Assembly (NCBI GenBank): GCA_963555995.3
Contig: OY821641.1
Location: 3,488,001-3,552,000, forward strand
Source: Vicinamibacteria bacterium
GTDB lineage: Bacteria; Acidobacteriota; Vicinamibacteria; Marinacidobacterales; Marinacidobacteraceae
Direction of reading: 5' to 3'
Length of the DNA: 64,000 bases
Position numbers and translations under genes: made by a program. Positions 40,636 to 49,697 of this stretch are shown here, piece after piece. The first letter of the stretch is position 1, and each line of letters begins with the position of its first letter. The notes beneath the pieces are model-generated. The model did no database searches and was not told where the DNA came from. It worked only from the letters and a program-made list of their open reading frames with translations.

Positions 40636-41696
40636 GGCCGCTCTTCGACGACGCGGCGCGGCGCTACGACGCCGTGCTGGTGGTCTCGTTCGGCGGCCCG
40701 GAAGGCCCCGACGACGTGATGCCGTTCCTCGACAACGTGCTGCGGGGGCTGCCGATCAAGCCGGCGAGCAAGGCCCGCATCGCGGAGCGTTACCACGAGT
40801 TCGGAGGGGTGAGTCCCATCGCCCGCTACACACGCGAGTTCGTCGCCGCCCTCGAAGGCGCCCTCGCCGCAAGCGGCCCGCGGCTGCCGGTGTACCTGGG
40901 GAACCGCAACTGGCATCCCCTGCTGCCCGACACGCTGGCCCGGATGGCCGGCGACGGCGTCCGGAGCGCGCTGGTGCACGTGACCAGCACCTTCAGCTCC
41001 TACAGCGGCTGCCGCCAGTACCGGGAGAACCTCTTCACGGCGGCGAGCGGCGTTCCCGAGGCGCCGCGTCTCGATCGGGTGCGGGCCGGCTACAACCACC
41101 CCGGATTCATCGCCGCGGTCGCGGACCGGCTGCGGGAAGCGTTCGCCCGGTTTCCCGGCGGCGGGCCGGCGCCGCCCCTGCTCTTCACCGCCCACAGCCT
41201 GCCGCTCTCCATGGCGAGGGGCTGCGACTACGAGGAAGAGCTGCGGGAGTCGTGCCGGCTCGCCGCCGGGGCGGCCGGAGCGGCGGACTGGAAGCTCGTG
41301 TACCAGAGCGAGAACGCTTCCTACGGAGAACCGTGGCTCGGACCCGATGTGGGCGTGGCGCTCGAGGCGGTCCGGGACGCCGGGCACGACCGGGTGGTGG
41401 TGGCGCCCATCGGCTTCGTCTGCGATCACCTGGAGGTCGTGGTGGACCTCGATACGGACGCGATGGCGACCGCGCGCAACCTGGGGCTCCGCATGGTGCG
41501 CTCCGGCACCGTCGGCGTCCACCCGGCCTACGTGGAGATGGTGCGGGAGCTGCTCGTCGAGCGAATGACCGCGAAACCGGAGCGCCGGACGCTGGGAGAT
41601 CGCGGCCCGCGTCCCGACTTCTGTCCCGCCGACTGCTGCCTGTCGGGACGCCCCGGCGGCCCCCGTCCGGCGCTCTGCGGGGCCGATTCGGGGTGA
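40632..41696 (+). CDS. hemH: Ferrochelatase (actinobacterial CpfC-like)
   Basis: SFGGPE, GGVSP, GNRNWHP, FTAHSLP, GFVCDHLEV, C-terminal CPADCC; TTG start overlapping upstream stop. Confidence 0.92.
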   Translation: MRPLFDDAARRYDAVLVVSFGGPEGPDDVMPFLDNVLRGLPIKPASKARIAERYHEFGGVSPIARYTREFVAALEGALAASGPRLPVYLGNRNWHPLLPDTLARMAGDGVRSALVHVTSTFSSYSGCRQYRENLFTAASGVPEAPRLDRVRAGYNHPGFIAAVADRLREAFARFPGGGPAPPLLFTAHSLPLSMARGCDYEEELRESCRLAAGAAGAADWKLVYQSENASYGEPWLGPDVGVALEAVRDAGHDRVVVAPIGFVCDHLEVVVDLDTDAMATARNLGLRMVRSGTVGVHPAYVEMVRELLVERMTAKPERRTLGDRGPRPDFCPADCCLSGRPGGPRPALCGADSG

Positions 41697-43060
41697 AGGG
41701 GACCCGGCGCGCGGACGTCGTCGTCATCGGGGCGGGACTCTCCGGCCTGACCGCCGCCCTCCGGCTCCAGGACGCCGGGCTCCGGGTGCAGGTCCTGGAA
41801 GCGCGGCGGCGGGTCGGGGGGCGCGTTCGCTCCGTCGGCACGTCCTTCGGGTCCGTGGAGTCCGGCGGGGCCACCATCGGGGCGGGCTACCGGCGGGTCA
41901 TCGCGGCGGCGGGCCGCTTCGGTGTCCCGCTGGTGGACGCCACCCCGCGCCTCCGGTTCTTCCGCGAGCAGGAGCTCGTGCTGAACGGCGCCCTGATCCG
42001 GCGCCCGGAATGGCCGGACCATCCGGCGAACCCGTTCCCGGCGCCCGACCGGGCGGTGATGCCGTGGCGGTTCGGCCGCCTGCTGACCGCGCGCGACAAC
42101 CCGCTGCGCCGGCCGGAGGACTGGCTCGATCCCGCGCATGCCGCCGCGGACATCTCGATGCACGCCTGGATGGCGGACCGCGGGCTGAGCGAGGAGGCGA
42201 TCCGGCTCGGCTACGGCCTGAACGCGGCCTACGGACGGGACGCCGCCGACGTCTCGGCGCTGCTCCTGTTCTTCCGGGCAGCGTTCTCGGCGGAGCAGAG
42301 GCGGTTTGCCCCGGAGGGCGTTGTCGGATTCAACCTGGAGGGCGGGGCCGAGCGGCTTCCGGAACGGATGGCGGCGGCGTTCGACCGTCCGGTCCGGCTC
42401 GGCAGCGAAGTCCGGTGCATCGAGGACGACGGACGCGGGGTTACCGTCCGCTGCGCCGGCGGCGCGGCGCACCGCGCGGACCGGGTGGTGTGTTCGTTGC
42501 CGTTCCCGGTCCTCCGCCAGGTCGCGCTCGATCCGCCGCTCGCCGGACCGCAGGCGGAAGCCGTCGCCGGTCTGCCCTCCCAGTCCGTCACCCAACTCCA
42601 CTTCCGCGCGCGCAGCCGCTTCTGGGAGACCGACGGCCTCGCGCCGAGCCTCTTCACCGACGGCCCCGCGGGGATGTTCGCGGCGGTCCGCGGCGGGGAG
42701 GACGCGGAGGACGTGGACGGCTTCACCGCCTGGCTCATGGGAGCCAAGGCGGACGCGCTTGATGCACTCCCGGATCGGGAAGCGGCCGCTCGCGTCATCC
42801 GGGCCGTCGAAGCGGTGCGCCCCGCCGCCCGGAACCAGTTGGAGTTCGTCGGCCTCAAGAGCTGGGGGGCCGACCCGTACGCCCGCGGCGCCTGGGCCAC
42901 CTTCCGTCCCGGACAGGTGACCCGCTTCGCGGCCGCCATGCGCCCCGCCCACGGCCGGATCCACTTCTGCGGCGAACACCTCGCCGAGGCGAGCCGGGGG
43001 ATGGAAGGCGCGATGGAGTCCGGCGAACGAGCGGCCCGCGAGGTCCTCGCGTGCGCCTAG
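41693..43060 (+). CDS. Flavin monoamine-oxidase family FAD oxidoreductase
   Basis: GAGLSG, LEAR.RVGGR, WGADPYARGA, IHFCGEH, GMEGAMESGERAA; GTGA overlap with hemH. Confidence 0.88.
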   Translation: MKGTRRADVVVIGAGLSGLTAALRLQDAGLRVQVLEARRRVGGRVRSVGTSFGSVESGGATIGAGYRRVIAAAGRFGVPLVDATPRLRFFREQELVLNGALIRRPEWPDHPANPFPAPDRAVMPWRFGRLLTARDNPLRRPEDWLDPAHAAADISMHAWMADRGLSEEAIRLGYGLNAAYGRDAADVSALLLFFRAAFSAEQRRFAPEGVVGFNLEGGAERLPERMAAAFDRPVRLGSEVRCIEDDGRGVTVRCAGGAAHRADRVVCSLPFPVLRQVALDPPLAGPQAEAVAGLPSQSVTQLHFRARSRFWETDGLAPSLFTDGPAGMFAAVRGGEDAEDVDGFTAWLMGAKADALDALPDREAAARVIRAVEAVRPAARNQLEFVGLKSWGADPYARGAWATFRPGQVTRFAAAMRPAHGRIHFCGEHLAEASRGMEGAMESGERAAREVLACA

Positions 43061-43093
43061 CCCGGCGTCCCGGAACCCCGACCCCCGCGCCCC

Positions 43094-44145
43094 GTTGCCG
43101 TGAAACGCAGTCTCGCAGTTCGACCAACAGCCGTGATGGCGCCGCCGGCTGGGAGCGCCGGTCTTCAGACCGGCACGCGCTTCGCGACAGCGCAGCGCAC
43201 GGCACGAAGCAGCCCCGCACGATGGCGTTCGACTCTTGGTCCATCACGGCAACAGCGGCACGACGTCCGCGGGCCTTCGGCCCGCTGTGCCGCTCTGAAG
43301 AGCGGCGCTCCCAGCGGCGCCCCCAGCGGTGCCCCCAAGGGTCTCCGCCATTTTCATGACCGGCGGGGTGCGCAGGGGGACACGCGCACGAATGTTTCTC
43401 CCGGTGGGGGCCAACGCGGATGCATCGCCTGTTGCATCGCCGCCGCCCTCTCCCTAATCTGCCGCCCCACCGGGAAGCCCATCGCTGTGAAAATGCAGTC
43501 TGGGCGAAACATTGACCACCGAAGTTGCGCCGCCCGCTGGGAGCGCCGGTCTTCAGACCGGCACGCGCTTCGCGACAGCGCAGCGCACGGTACGAAGCAG
43601 CCCCGCACGATGGCGTTCGACTCTTGATCCATCACGGCAACAGCGGCACAACGTCCGCGGGCCTTCGGCCCGCTGTGCCGCATCCCCACCGGGAGCAACA
43701 CCCGTGCGCGTGTCCTCCTGTGCACCCCGCCGGTCATGAAAACGGCGGAAACGGCTGGGAACGCCGGCTTCAGCCGGCACAGCTCGCCGCAGGCGGGCGG
43801 CGAGACGGACCTCATGCGCCGGGATGGCTCGGCTGCGCGCGCCAACGCGCCCGAGGTAGCGAGGAACCACCCGCGGCCCTGCGGGCCGCGGTGCCGGCTG
43901 AAGCCGGCGTTCCAGGCCGGCGGCGCCGTCACCGCTGTTGGCCAACCCCGCAGGACTGCATTTTCACAGCAACTGGTGAAGAGCGGGCTCCCAGCGGCCC
44001 CAGGCGTCTCCGCCATTTTCATGACCGGCGGGGTGCGCCGGAGGACACGCGCACGAACGTTTCTCCCGGTGGGGGCCAACGCGGATGCATCGCCTGTTGC
44101 ATCGCCGCCGTTCGCTCTCTAATCTGCCGCCCCACCGGGAAGCCC
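43094..44145. mobile_element. Composite cluster of non-autonomous REPIN/MITE-like elements (tandem duplicate plus nested inverted insertion)
   Basis: 43138-43290 repeats at 43527-43680; 43341-43480 repeats at about 44006-44145; a copy with inverted ends occupies about 43682-43976. Confidence 0.85.
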
Positions 44146-44219
44146 GTTTCGGTTTCTCGTGACCGGGGTGCGTCCCGCGGCGCGCCCCGAACAACGCTGC
44201 TCCCGCGGGGAACACTGCC

Positions 44220-45527
44220 ATGCAAGACCACCAACCGGTGAGGCGCTCCGGCGCCCCGCTCCTCGCCGCCGCCGGCCTGCTCGTCGGGCTGAGCATTCCG
44301 GGACATTCGTCGCCGGCCGCGTACCAGCCGTTCGAGGATGACACCCTCGAATGGCTCGACGACTACCAGCAGGCGCTGGCGCTGGCGAAGGCGACGGGAC
44401 GGCCGCTCCTGGTCGAGTTCCGCTGCTCGCCCTGAATCACCGGCCGACGATTCGACGCACAGGTGGTGCTGTCGCCGCGAGATTCCGAGAGGGGACGTCT
44501 GCTCGAACAGTTCGTCCGCGCCCGCATCACGCGCATGAACCGGATTGATGTCGGCCTCTTCGATTTCGACTGGCACCACTCGATCTACTTCTTCATCGTC
44601 AGCCCGGACGAGCAGATCTACCTGCGCTACGGCGGGCGCGACGCGGTTTCGGCGGACTCGTACCTGGACCTCGACAGCTTCGCCCTCGCGCTCCGGGCGG
44701 GCCTCGCGGAGCACGAGCGCTGGCGCGCTGGCGCGTTGCCGCCGCGTCCCCGTCCGCCGCCCTTCTTCGCCCGCGAGCTGGAGCGCCTGCGCGTGCAGGA
44801 GCTGGAGCGGGGGCGCTGCGTCGAGTGCCACATGATCGGGGACTACCGGGCCGCCGCGCGGGAGCGGGAGGGAACCCTCGACAAGCGGCGCGAGATGTTC
44901 CGCTCGCCCGACGTCCGGGACCTCGGCATCCACTTCGACGTGCCGCGGGGCCTCGTGGTCGAGCGCACCGAGGGAGCGGCCCTGGCCGCCGGACTGCTCC
45001 CCGGCGACGCCATCGTGAACTTCGCCGGACGGCGGGTCCTGACGTTCGGGGACCTGCTCTACGTCCATGACGGCCTCGACCGCACCGCGGCGCGGCTCCC
45101 GCTGACCGTCGAGCGGCCGGGGGCCGGGCGGGTGGATCTCGTGCTCCAACTACCGGTGCAGTGGTGGGTTTCGGACATCACTTACCGCTACTGGTCCATT
45201 GATCCGCAGACCCACCTGACCACCGCTCCGCTCACCGAAGCGCGGAAGCGCGACCTGGGCTTCGATCCCGACGGTTTCGCCTGCGAAGTCACCCGCGTCA
45301 ACGCTCGCGCCGGCGTGCTTGACCTCCACGATCTCCGGGCCGGGGACGTCATCTACTCCGTGGACGGGGCCGAGGCGGACCCGACGGTCCGGGACTGTCT
45401 CGTCTATCTGCGGCTGAACGTCACCGCCGGGGAGGAGGTGGACCTCGGCGTGCTCCGCGCCGGCGTCCGCACGCAGGTGACCGTCCGCACCCACCGCCAG
45501 CGCTTCCGTAAGCTCGGAACCCCCTGA
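44220..45527 (+). CDS. Trx7/PDZ-type selenoprotein (UGA=Sec at 44433-44435), 435 aa
   Basis: ORFs 44220-44435 and 44463-45527 are in frame, separated only by TGA in FRCSP*; the thioredoxin-like sequence continues across it; CVECH and PDZ-like segments follow. Confidence 0.85.
44453..44474 (+). promoter_or_regulatory. Candidate bacterial SECIS hairpin
   Basis: CGAC-GCAC/AGGTG/GTGC-T-GTCG; loop begins 26 nt after TGA with G at loop position 2. Confidence 0.55.
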
Positions 45528-45531
45528 GGGA

Positions 45532-46554
45532 TCAGGCCGTCAGGGCGCTGCGTATCCCGCGGATGTCCGCGGGACGGGTCCGGCAGCAGCCGCCGATGAG
45601 TTCGGCCCCGAGCCGGCGCCATTCGAGGGCCAGCTCCGGCAGGTCCGCCGTCTCCGCCGGCATCTCCCACACCTTCCGCACCGCGTCCCAGCGGCCGTCG
45701 CCGTTCGGGTAGGCGACGGCGGGTTTTCCGGTCGCCGCCCGGAACTTCGGGATCAGCGCGGCGAGGTGTTTCGGCGGCGTGCAGTTGACGCCGGCCCAGC
45801 GGATCCGGGCGCAGTCGGCGAGGTCCGCCGCGGCCTCCTCGACGGGGGTTCCGTCGGAGAGGCGGCCGCCGTCGCGGCAGGTGAAGGAGATCCACGCCGG
45901 CGGGGGGTCGTCGAGCTGGTCGAGGAGTCGCCGGAGCACGCGCCCCTCGCGCGCCGAGGGAATCGTCTCGACCGCCAGCAGGTCGGCGCCCGAGCGGGCG
46001 AGGAGTTCGAGCCGCCGCCAGTGGAAGGCGGCGAGCGCGGCGTCGTCGGCCCGGTAATCGCCGGTGTATTCGGAGCCGTCGGCGAGGAATGCGCCGTAGG
46101 GGCCGACGCTCGCGGCCACCAGCGGCTGGCGGCGTCCCTCCCGGTTCGCCGGATCGCGCCAGAAGCGGTTCCGTTCCTCCGCCGCCAGCTCCACCGCGAA
46201 GCGGAAGAGGCGCTCCGATTCCCGGTCCGGGAGTCCGTAGCGCGCGAGGCCGGGGAAGCTCGCCTGGTAGGTGGCGGAGATGAGGCAGTCGGCACCCGCG
46301 GCGAGGAACCGGGCGTGGACGGCGCGCACAGCGTCCGGCGTCTCGATCAGCACCTTCGCGGACCAGAGCGGGTGGTTCAGGTCGTGGCCGTCGGCCTCCA
46401 GTTCGGTGGCGAGTCCGCCGTCGAGGATGAGGGGTGCGGGGGACTGGGGACCTTGGGAGGGTTCTGCTTCAGGCGGGTTCAGCGTCGTGCGGTTCCGCTG
46501 GCCTGCGGCCAGCGGGTGCCGGTCTGAAGACCGGCGCTCCCAGCTACCCCCCAA
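45532..46554 (-). CDS. mmuM: Homocysteine S-methyltransferase (start uncertain)
   Basis: ILDGGLATELE, ATYQAS, SVGPYGAFLADGSEY, GVNC, YPN, IGGCC. Confidence 0.92.
   Translation of the reverse strand: MGGSWERRSSDRHPLAAGQRNRTTLNPPEAEPSQGPQSPAPLILDGGLATELEADGHDLNHPLWSAKVLIETPDAVRAVHARFLAAGADCLISATYQASFPGLARYGLPDRESERLFRFAVELAAEERNRFWRDPANREGRRQPLVAASVGPYGAFLADGSEYTGDYRADDAALAAFHWRRLELLARSGADLLAVETIPSAREGRVLRRLLDQLDDPPPAWISFTCRDGGRLSDGTPVEEAAADLADCARIRWAGVNCTPPKHLAALIPKFRAATGKPAVAYPNGDGRWDAVRKVWEMPAETADLPELALEWRRLGAELIGGCCRTRPADIRGIRSALTA
46517..46541 (-). repeat. REP type A
   Basis: TGCCGGTCTGAAGACCGGCGCTCCC, 2 nt after the dipeptidase stop. Confidence 0.88.
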
Positions 46555-47668
46555 GGATGTCCCGGAAGTAGCGGAGCCAGTTGCCGCCCAGGATGCGGGT
46601 GATGTCCACCTCGGAGACGCCGCGGCGGTCGAGGGCGTGGGCGACGTTGCGGAACCGCTCGGGCTCGTCGAGGCCCTCGATGAAGGGAGGCCAGCGGACG
46701 CGGTAGCTCGGCTTGAAGTTGCGGAGCCGGGGCTCGTACCAGTTCTCGCGGGTGGCCCAGGACCGGAGGCCGCGGATCGCGTGGTCGGTGGAGACCCCCA
46801 CGTGCTCGATCCCGCCGACGTCCACCGCGTGCAGGATGTGGTTCACGTAGTCCTCAAGCGAGGTGTCCGGGTCGGGGCCCACGAAGTAGCCGAGGCTCGC
46901 GATCCCGGTGACCCCGCCCTTGTCCGACATGGCGCGGATCTGCTCGTCGGTCTTGGCGCGCGGGTGGTCGTTGTAGATCGCCTCGCAGAAGGTGTGGGTG
47001 AACGCGGCGGGGCTCGTGGAGACCTCGATCCCGTCCATGGAGGTCTGCCGGCCGCAGTGGGAGAGGTCCACGATGATCCCCAGTTCGTTCATCCGCCCGA
47101 CCACCTCGACCCCGAAGTCGGAGAGTCCCCCGTCCACCCGCTCGGTGCAGCCGCTCCCGAGCCGGTTCTGGGAGTTGTAGGTGAGCTGGATGCAGCGGGT
47201 CCCGAGGTCGTAGAGCGGGTCCAGGTTCCGGAGCTCGCCCTCCAGCATGGTGGCGTTCTGGAAGCCGAAGATCACCGCCATCTTCCCGTCGGCCTTCGCC
47301 GCCTCGATGTGGGCGGCCTTCGTGGCGTGGACGAGCCTGTCGGGGTTCTCGCGGATGCGGCGGCGCCACTCGGCGAGCGCCCGCGCCGCGACCTGGAAGT
47401 TGGTGCTCGGGAGGGTGGTCTGGATGCCGGTGTATCCCGAACGCGCGATGGCGTCGTACTCCACCTCGTCCCACTCGTAGCCGACGGCGAGCGAATCAAT
47501 GACCACCGAGCGGTCGTAGAGGGCGTCAATCGCGGGGTTGCGCGGGGGCTGCTGGGTGTTCTCTCGCGAGTTTCGGCCGGCTGCGCCGGCCGGTGCCGGT
47601 CTGAAGACCGGCGCTCCCGGGGCGGCGAGCGAGGTGCCCAACAGGCCGAGGAAAGTGCGTCGCTCCAT
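46544..47668 (-). CDS. Membrane dipeptidase (M19) with Tat signal
   Basis: MERRTFLG twin-Arg; QLTYN, GLSDFG, DLSH, HPRAKTD, LGGNWLR. Confidence 0.9.
   Translation of the reverse strand: MERRTFLGLLGTSLAAPGAPVFRPAPAGAAGRNSRENTQQPPRNPAIDALYDRSVVIDSLAVGYEWDEVEYDAIARSGYTGIQTTLPSTNFQVAARALAEWRRRIRENPDRLVHATKAAHIEAAKADGKMAVIFGFQNATMLEGELRNLDPLYDLGTRCIQLTYNSQNRLGSGCTERVDGGLSDFGVEVVGRMNELGIIVDLSHCGRQTSMDGIEVSTSPAAFTHTFCEAIYNDHPRAKTDEQIRAMSDKGGVTGIASLGYFVGPDPDTSLEDYVNHILHAVDVGGIEHVGVSTDHAIRGLRSWATRENWYEPRLRNFKPSYRVRWPPFIEGLDEPERFRNVAHALDRRGVSEVDITRILGGNWLRYFRDILGG
47594..47618 (-). repeat. REP type A inside the dipeptidase coding sequence
   Basis: Exact 25-bp copy, translated as GAPVFRPA. Confidence 0.88.
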
Positions 47669-47676
47669 CGAGAAAC

Positions 47677-49380
47677 TCAGGCCGAGTGGCCCAACTCCCG
47701 GGCGCGCTCGCTGGCCGCCTCCACGGCGCTCGCGGCGTCGGGGAAGAAGAAGATGCCCTCCTCCGGCTTGAAGTGCGTCGCGTGCATGACCTCGGCGACC
47801 TCGGGCTGGATTCCCCAGAAGTAGCAGGTGGTCCCGCTCTCGCGCAGGCTGCGCGCGAGGTCCTGCAGCAGCAGGCAGGCGGTCGGATCAATGAAGTACA
47901 CGTTCCGCATTCCGAAGACGCAGGCGGGCCGCTCGTCGCTGGCGCCGGCCAGCAGGTCCGAAAGGCTGCTCACCGTGCCGTAGAAGAGCGCTCCCCGGAA
48001 CGTGATCATCTGGACCCCCTCCGGCATCTCGAAGGGGAGGGGCCGCGTGTGCACCATCTCTTCCGAATCGAAGAGCGCCGCGTCGCCGCGCCGCACCTCG
48101 AAGATCCCCGAGACGCGCTGGATGAAGATGACCGCGCCGAGCGCGAGCCCGACCGGCAGCACGAAGCGGAGGTCCCAGAAGAGGGTGGTCCCGAGCGTGC
48201 CCAGCAGGATGATCCGGTCGCCGATGGGCGCGCGCCAGATCACCCGCATCCGGTGCACCTCGACCATCCGGCCGGCGACGATGAGCAGCACCGCCGCCAG
48301 CGAGGTGAGCGGGATGTACTCGAGCGCCCAGGAGAAGAAGAGGACGAAGAGCGCCACGAAGATGGCGTGGAAGAAACCGGCCAGCGGCGACCGCGCCCCG
48401 GAGGCCAGACAGGTTGCGGTCCGCGCCACGCAGCCGCCCACCGGGAAGCCGCCCCAGACGGCGGTGGCGATGTTGCCGAGTCCGAGCGCGGTGAACTCCT
48501 GGTTGGGATGGCTCGGCACGCCGCGGGAACGGCTCGCCATCTGGGCGGCGAGCAGGGACTCGGCGCTCGACAGGAAGGCGATGGCCACCGCGTAGGGCAG
48601 CAGGGGCACCCAGTTCTCGAGCGACGGGATCAGGGGCAGCGGCAGCCGGTTGGGCAGTTCCCCGAAGGTGCTGCCGATGGTCGCCACGTCGAGCCGCAGC
48701 GCGAAGGTCGCGAGGGCGCCGACCAGGAGGCCCATCACGTAGGCCGGCAGCCTCGGTGCGAACCGCTTGGTCACGAGCACCGCGGCCAGCGAGGCGGCGC
48801 CCACCAGGAAGGTGGTCATCTCGAAGTTGCCGAGGCGGCTCAGGACCCCCTCCATGATGAACAGGAAGGAGTGCGAGTGTTCGGCGCCGCTGTGGTCGTG
48901 CGTGTGCACCGAACTCGCGAGCCCGAAGAAGGGCACGATCTGTCCGGTGAAGATGATCACGCCCATCCCGGTCACGAACCCGGTGATGACCGCCTGCGGC
49001 ATGGCCTCGATCAGGATCCCCACCCGGGAAATGGCCATTCCCACCAGGAAGACGCCGGCCATCAGGGTCGCGGCGAGGAGACCCTCGTAGCCGAACAGCT
49101 CGATCACCACCACCGCGATCAGGATGCAGGCCTCGGTCGGCCCGCCGATCTGGAACTTGCTCGCGGTGAAGAGCGCGATGACGGCGCCGCCGATGATGAT
49201 GCCGACGAGGCCCTTGTCCGGGCTCGCTCCGGCCGCGATCGCGACCACCAGGCCCAAGGGCAGGGCGACCACCGAAACCGTCAGTCCCGCCGACAGGTCG
49301 GTGGTGAGGTCGGACAGTGAGTAGCCCTCGGGCACGACCCGCCGGTACTGCAAGCGAAGGCTGGCCAGCACGCGCGTCAT
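47677..49380 (-). CDS. SulP-family anion transporter with STAS domain
   Basis: DLSAGLTVSVVALP, QIGGPT, NQEF.ALGLGN, GARSPLAG, GALFYG STAS. Confidence 0.92.
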   Translation of the reverse strand: MTRVLASLRLQYRRVVPEGYSLSDLTTDLSAGLTVSVVALPLGLVVAIAAGASPDKGLVGIIIGGAVIALFTASKFQIGGPTEACILIAVVVIELFGYEGLLAATLMAGVFLVGMAISRVGILIEAMPQAVITGFVTGMGVIIFTGQIVPFFGLASSVHTHDHSGAEHSHSFLFIMEGVLSRLGNFEMTTFLVGAASLAAVLVTKRFAPRLPAYVMGLLVGALATFALRLDVATIGSTFGELPNRLPLPLIPSLENWVPLLPYAVAIAFLSSAESLLAAQMASRSRGVPSHPNQEFTALGLGNIATAVWGGFPVGGCVARTATCLASGARSPLAGFFHAIFVALFVLFFSWALEYIPLTSLAAVLLIVAGRMVEVHRMRVIWRAPIGDRIILLGTLGTTLFWDLRFVLPVGLALGAVIFIQRVSGIFEVRRGDAALFDSEEMVHTRPLPFEMPEGVQMITFRGALFYGTVSSLSDLLAGASDERPACVFGMRNVYFIDPTACLLLQDLARSLRESGTTCYFWGIQPEVAEVMHATHFKPEEGIFFFPDAASAVEAASERARELGHSA

Positions 49381-49551
49381 GGACTCCCTCCCCGGACGGA
49401 CACCACGAAGCGGAGTGTATGCCCGCGCCCCTCCGGGCCGCGAAGCCTCGCCCTGACGTGACACCCCGTTACACCGCGCCCGTCGTTCCTCCACGCGGAA
49501 AGACGGCACCCCCCTCGGCGCGACCCCCCCAACGCCGATGCCGCGCCGGCG

Positions 49552-49576
49552 TGGAACGCCGGTCTCCAGACCGGCA
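49552..49576 (+). repeat. REP type A variant
   Basis: TGGAACGCCGGTCTCCAGACCGGCA. Confidence 0.8.
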
Positions 49577-49697
49577 CGCGCGGCGCTCCGCGCCGCGCCC
49601 GTCGTCCCCTCACCCAACCCCATGGCCCCCGGCTCGAAACCCCGCTTCCACAACCCCTCGCCCGCCAGCCACCAACCCGCACCACAATCCCCACCCC

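Noticed and set aside
43100-44241. ORFs 43100-43627, 43354-44079 and 43525-44241 as real proteins
   Set aside because: They are translations of REP/REPIN DNA; the same pseudo-peptides recur at every repeat copy.
44220-44435. Independent 71-aa protein, or simple nonsense pseudogene
   Set aside because: The stop is TGA exactly at a CxxC Cys position, with in-frame continuation and a SECIS-like hairpin. Sec recoding is more parsimonious, though unproven.
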